Origin: Rebecca billardiae RCC1528
Taxonomy: Eukaryota; Protista; Haptophyta
Reading direction: 5' to 3'
Length of the DNA: 64,000 nucleotides
NCBI GenBank assembly: GCA_965240325.2
Contig: OZ251223.1
Location: 1,240,001 to 1,304,000 of the forward strand
The translations under genes and the position numbers were made by a program. Within the stretch, counting starts at the first letter, position 1. Each line of letters starts with the position of its first letter. Under the pieces are notes generated by a model, which was given only the letters and a program-made list of their open reading frames with translations, had not been told where the DNA came from and ran no database searches. Positions 62,901-64,000 of this stretch are shown here, in pieces.

Positions 62901-64000
62901 CCGCGGCCACGCCCAGCTCGTACCGGCGGCCGGCGCGCAGCGCGTGCGCAGGCAGCGACAGCGCCGCGCCGCGCGCGCTCGGCGCCGGCAGCTCGGGCCA
63001 CGGCTCCGCGGCGGTGTCGTTGAGCGGCGCGCCCGCCGCGTCGAAGACGCCGCGCAGGGTCCACGCGAACGCCACGCGCGCGCCCCCCGCCCAGCACGGC
63101 GCGAGGCTCGCGCGCGCCAGCAGCGTCGTGCGCGCGTCCGGCCTCACCGCGCGCTCGGCCGGGCCGTCGATGTCGACGGTCGGCGGCGCGCCCGGCGCGC
63201 GCGCGACGGTGACAAAGGCGGGTGCGGACCAAGCGGACGCGCCGAGCGGCGCGGCGGCGGGGTCGGCGCCCGGCTCGGCCAGCGCGTCGAAGCTCGCGCG
63301 CACGCGCATCGCAAACGTGTACCCGGCCGAGCCCGCGGGCGACGCGGCGGGCAGCCCTCGCACCGTGGGCGCGGCGGTTGTCAGCGGCAGCGATCGCAGC
63401 GCGGCGTCGATCTGCGCAGCGCCCTCTGCGTCCGAGAGTGCGCGCGCGAGACGCCACTCGTACTGCAGGCCGAACGCGCCGCCGCCGCCACTCGAGCCGC
63501 TGCCGTCGAGCGCGACGCTCTCACCCGGGCACGACGACACCGTGCGCGGCGCGCGCAGCTCAGGCACGAGCTCCGGGCACGCGCCGAGCGCGCCGCACGG
63601 CGCGTCTGCGTCGATGGCCACTGTGGAGCTGTTGAGACGGAGCGTGGCGCAGAGGGCGGGGGCGGAGGCGCACTCCGCGGGGCGCACCGCGCCCGCGCGC
63701 ACGCCGACCACGTCGCCAGGCCGCACCGCCGCGCCCGCGCCCAGCCGCACCGCGAGCGTCGACGCGTCCGGCCAGTAGCACGCGGCCGAGGCGGCGGCGC
63801 CCGCGCGCGCGGGGTCGGCGTCGGCGTCGGCAGCGACGAGCGCGAGAGTGCGCGCGTCAAGCACCGCGGCGCAGTCGCCCACGCCGCCGCCCATGCCGGC
63901 GCGGTCGGTCTCGCGCCCCGCGTCGAAGCGGAGCAGCAGCAGCTCCACGCCCGCCGCGCGCAGCCCGCCGCCGTCCCCCGAGCTGCCCGCGACGAAACTC
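53908..64000 (-). CDS. Giant polycystin-1/REJ-like membrane protein with GPS motif; 5' end outside the window
   Basis: Uninterrupted >3340-codon ORF. PKD/REJ-type beta segments (LDASASHDP, VNLPPYGGGLAVRPAAGEALSTQF..VAAGW.D...LPLSY.Y); GPS-like CHFLDE..GAWRTDG...CSSTHLTRFA; a TM after the GPS; long Ala/Pro-rich region; C-terminal hydrophobic helices. Confidence 0.75.
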   Translation of the reverse strand, partial: SFVAGSSGDGGGLRAAGVELLLLRFDAGRETDRAGMGGGVGDCAAVLDARTLALVAADADADPARAGAAASAACYWPDASTLAVRLGAGAAVRPGDVVGVRAGAVRPAECASAPALCATLRLNSSTVAIDADAPCGALGACPELVPELRAPRTVSSCPGESVALDGSGSSGGGGAFGLQYEWRLARALSDAEGAAQIDAALRSLPLTTAAPTVRGLPAASPAGSAGYTFAMRVRASFDALAEPGADPAAAPLGASAWSAPAFVTVARAPGAPPTVDIDGPAERAVRPDARTTLLARASLAPCWAGGARVAFAWTLRGVFDAAGAPLNDTAAEPWPELPAPSARGAALSLPAHALRAGRRYELGVAAAMAEAAAGAAAAEARCVLVVRTLPLVLLLAGGDRRVDASAPLELDASASHDPNMPPAASVPAGSHLRWAWDVRVASAPAGGGGAPAAVGPPLALPNGSLAASAVLRLPAGALGAGWYMVGATLSAPDLPNARTSVAVEVVNGTGGLPLPRLSLAPLGGAVSNPDWDALAPSSGRVVLQARLDTASRARAARGDEAFSFEWRAYTLGAGGVRRAAGLELEDAGGVTTTGAALPTLAFRPGALSGGETYVFELTVRGSASREARAAVRVRVNLPPYGGGLAVRPAAGEALSTQFECVAAGWLDDVEDGADALPLSYAYSHALADGAAADDAGGGGAAPQSLGRGGAGVAVLRGVRLPGGNRTATVVVSDAWGGAASASAPVLVRPPPPSAELGIALLELARPGGGDGGGALPLPDGAAAVANASTAAELLEAYAALLDEARAAVSRADAPDAKRLVGLLGWLLQYAGALGALARAGGSVSDVGELVVALLNVTAGAAAVAPPTAEARAQWAAALVAALGGLGGAALPCAARASALAQATRLVDAAAADGSGLDEPTGRVAFSVLGAALGGAPAACGVEGSALLEAAGADGASALARALLARAAPSEPPLLLVSAPLNLTAARLHAPTQLALPLWLPGAGGVGGMLTPPALAAALSASGALLAVDVVMLSSASASGALAAALAGGGAGGGGAGGGGAADGVEEGGGGALAFANGSAGSLVQRPLATAVFSVSLYDGAGGTAAVSLDASALEGAAPASAGAALNVSALPEPIVLGLPPLPEGPLPGSNASAAQCHFLDERSGAWRTDGVAATASPPVLSALELTASASASAPPSVYLFCSSTHLTRFAGLAPPLGGGADGGGGANGTEPGAGGAAPGAQGGAAFAVGAGALSSVRLTPSRPSGRTHILPAVYSLGGAYALALLLALGAERRRRREWERWRRAALGAVSPADAERRSPPEPTAAAGGAGAKLGGGTGRVLGVRRAAPRPSAARAAAAAGGGVDGGGVVGKKGPASFRCSSTAASERSSPSETTASSFSNEQGWSWAKPPPAGLVAAALARRARRAAAASPASAERDWGDADESADAEGGGGAARAAEHAAADARGPRWTGWWRDEHPLALLLRWQLARPVPPCAQLVHEAFGAAALQLAASCALHGGGAAARLLGLRGGAAAVAAAPLLLRAALCAAPGAPARAALGRVWALAAAGTRRSTGARLQRALRALLDAQLRAEPDAAAAHPPQLLQRGSQSHSAAARAARMSRIREELRAPSARDSPAGGGPAPGGPLVVASPERLLSPRAPGSAGRVAPLGGGAPNRYCGGRGSDSSGGSDLDAAEAAAAAAAWGKGADARGVLERRGSRGAGRVAPTRARKPSRPGPPAGAADGAAAPSLGEALRLRASSSSTEPSERGGALAPSPRGMLMAPWTPSPGAERAQRVASMLADSGAQSEAAAGPTEPRFAPDAAPDAAAGARRGSGAGAWTAERKEAAACTVAALLSAARASDADGGSMRHDGSVSMRVRTSKTRPTRASAVRTAPFGLVEPAPAPPTVARPAPAAAPLQAPTVAAAVAAARAAHARPPHAPPPPPAEPPAAPAAGTAHHHRAGCAPHAPATALGGRGIVPPMQQRRLALPERCSDEDEADEAGAVGSGSEGGGVLAALRRTPPFASPWAQPSAEPSPCCRPRSATAAGRGGSCALRGTEEPGAAPPDGGWRRRRPSAEDMGMPRDGWRRARPSAEAGGGAMPHHHHHAAAAAAAAAAALVASARAHAEAASSSEDDEFRVGDDARARADGGVDGRGAGAHDAAEEAAEEEEAEDDTFDQQGGVGAAAGAPPRPTPCGGACAATAPSSFSRRAAARAASLAACRTAGSSFASHQPAQCADACLLPDRPQSSQPASAALPPRTGECPAPRSSGGSAPRLSEARKPRRTAFADEPIEKGGGAGGGAAAPSALAQTAASPARSRRTAFADDGGGGGGVGDGGGGGADRASSVGRGSSFGRGSSFGRERMPLPTPELPSSLPPVPAASRSRRTTGACDEDVGGGAGADRARSVGRGSSFGRSSSSGREHMPRPTLELPPSLPPPPPPPRAAEPALPPPAPAAPGRSGWAPPQAAERSAGSTSAERTRVKPQPEPAQPQPTEPAQPQPQRLPSPQKRPNKKKRQQPKTRAQPQEHSAAATTAAAGAEGAPSAAPGGARKQRRSRPPAPRPPDAHSWTPEPLEGTAERPVPQSGSAGLGGDDHTLRRGAGAERAVERAGRLELGWLRPGSARPAVSPRDDGPPPPSPEAKADRLARARGLAAAEREMTAAAAAAAQPGAAPPRAAGPISSAAMRPARPRSAAPPRGTRSLLVETAGGVGVEQPPLLSPSAAASLSPPPRLPPGAVGAAAAARASGSASAVQPRPATASRSRSAAPPRGALALFAEAADGERPPLLLPGAAASLTPPPHPPPRHGRHAAWSNDDHDAADADGEGVPASPPPSPPAARPPPRATPPAPPTALAPLDAPVRAGRAQLPPISAVADAVLPPLPAAAPPGGAQPAAEGSAGPAPFAPSQPARSRVAPPPPPAVAVPADGGGDGSDGEGTHPPVRRSATLRSSISEATTDTTELRGGGGRRASATLSSSDDSDSDAADAAATAAVHEEFDSGSAEEGGGGRRGGGGRGSRRGSGGSNASGRQSRGERGPAAAPTVRFAPSTTPPPPAAAAAAAAPPPPPRAAGLGQVSPVPRGPPPPVAVAGARSPGRRGPGFASGGAVSPGRGAPSPGRGAPGFATAGAASPGRARCTPPMARPTPRPPRPSAESGSSSGRGARGAVLGATRLLRAARRAPSAQEAAGSSPLRITAVPPGARGAQLLGLRHVVRLYGAGGTGDGELRAGSLRALMADVHDPITQAEERRLLRAIGVPRGAARPGAHALALQRWYVRAALVEGAEALCARWLPTPPHRAPLAWVTSLAAFAAMCLLAVVSAGSLEAEQLWAALIAWALSLGLAHGAGEPLHAALAAACRRGWSALR

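Noticed and set aside
54009-63778. Many long overlapping ORFs on alternative frames and strands (also at 21-25 kb and 41-45 kb)
   Set aside because: Shadow ORFs caused by extreme GC content and stop-codon scarcity; the products are Arg/Ala/Pro-rich with no motifs.

Overview
This is a very GC-rich eukaryotic window with short GC-rich GT-AG introns. A ClpP carrying a signal-plus-transit presequence points to an alga with a complex plastid, probably a haptophyte (inference). Ordinary genes: F-box/SPRY, OTU deubiquitinase, plastid ClpP, a membrane nucleoside-hydrolase-like protein, taxilin, three AIM24-family paralogs, a CWF19L2 homolog with an extra KH domain, and a >10 kb REJ/GPS polycystin-like ORF. 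These are interleaved with many DNA-transposon remnants (hAT, IS630/Tc1, ISL2EU-like, foldback, possible Penelope-like and Helitron pieces) and microsatellites. The most striking signal is a family of intronless Sel1-repeat + MYND-finger genes: four complete copies with 9, 9, 6 and 8 canonical 108-bp modules, one truncated copy and one orphan cassette. Their modules are nearly identical in the DNA scaffold but hypervariable at about 9 fixed codons, and whole or partial modules are shared between genes. All copies except the first sit head-to-head with a duplicated enzyme gene (dienelactone hydrolase or GT92-like glycosyltransferase). This resembles a diversified, immune-receptor-like repeat system, but that function is inferred, not shown. 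All domain calls come from motif recognition by eye; no database searches were run.
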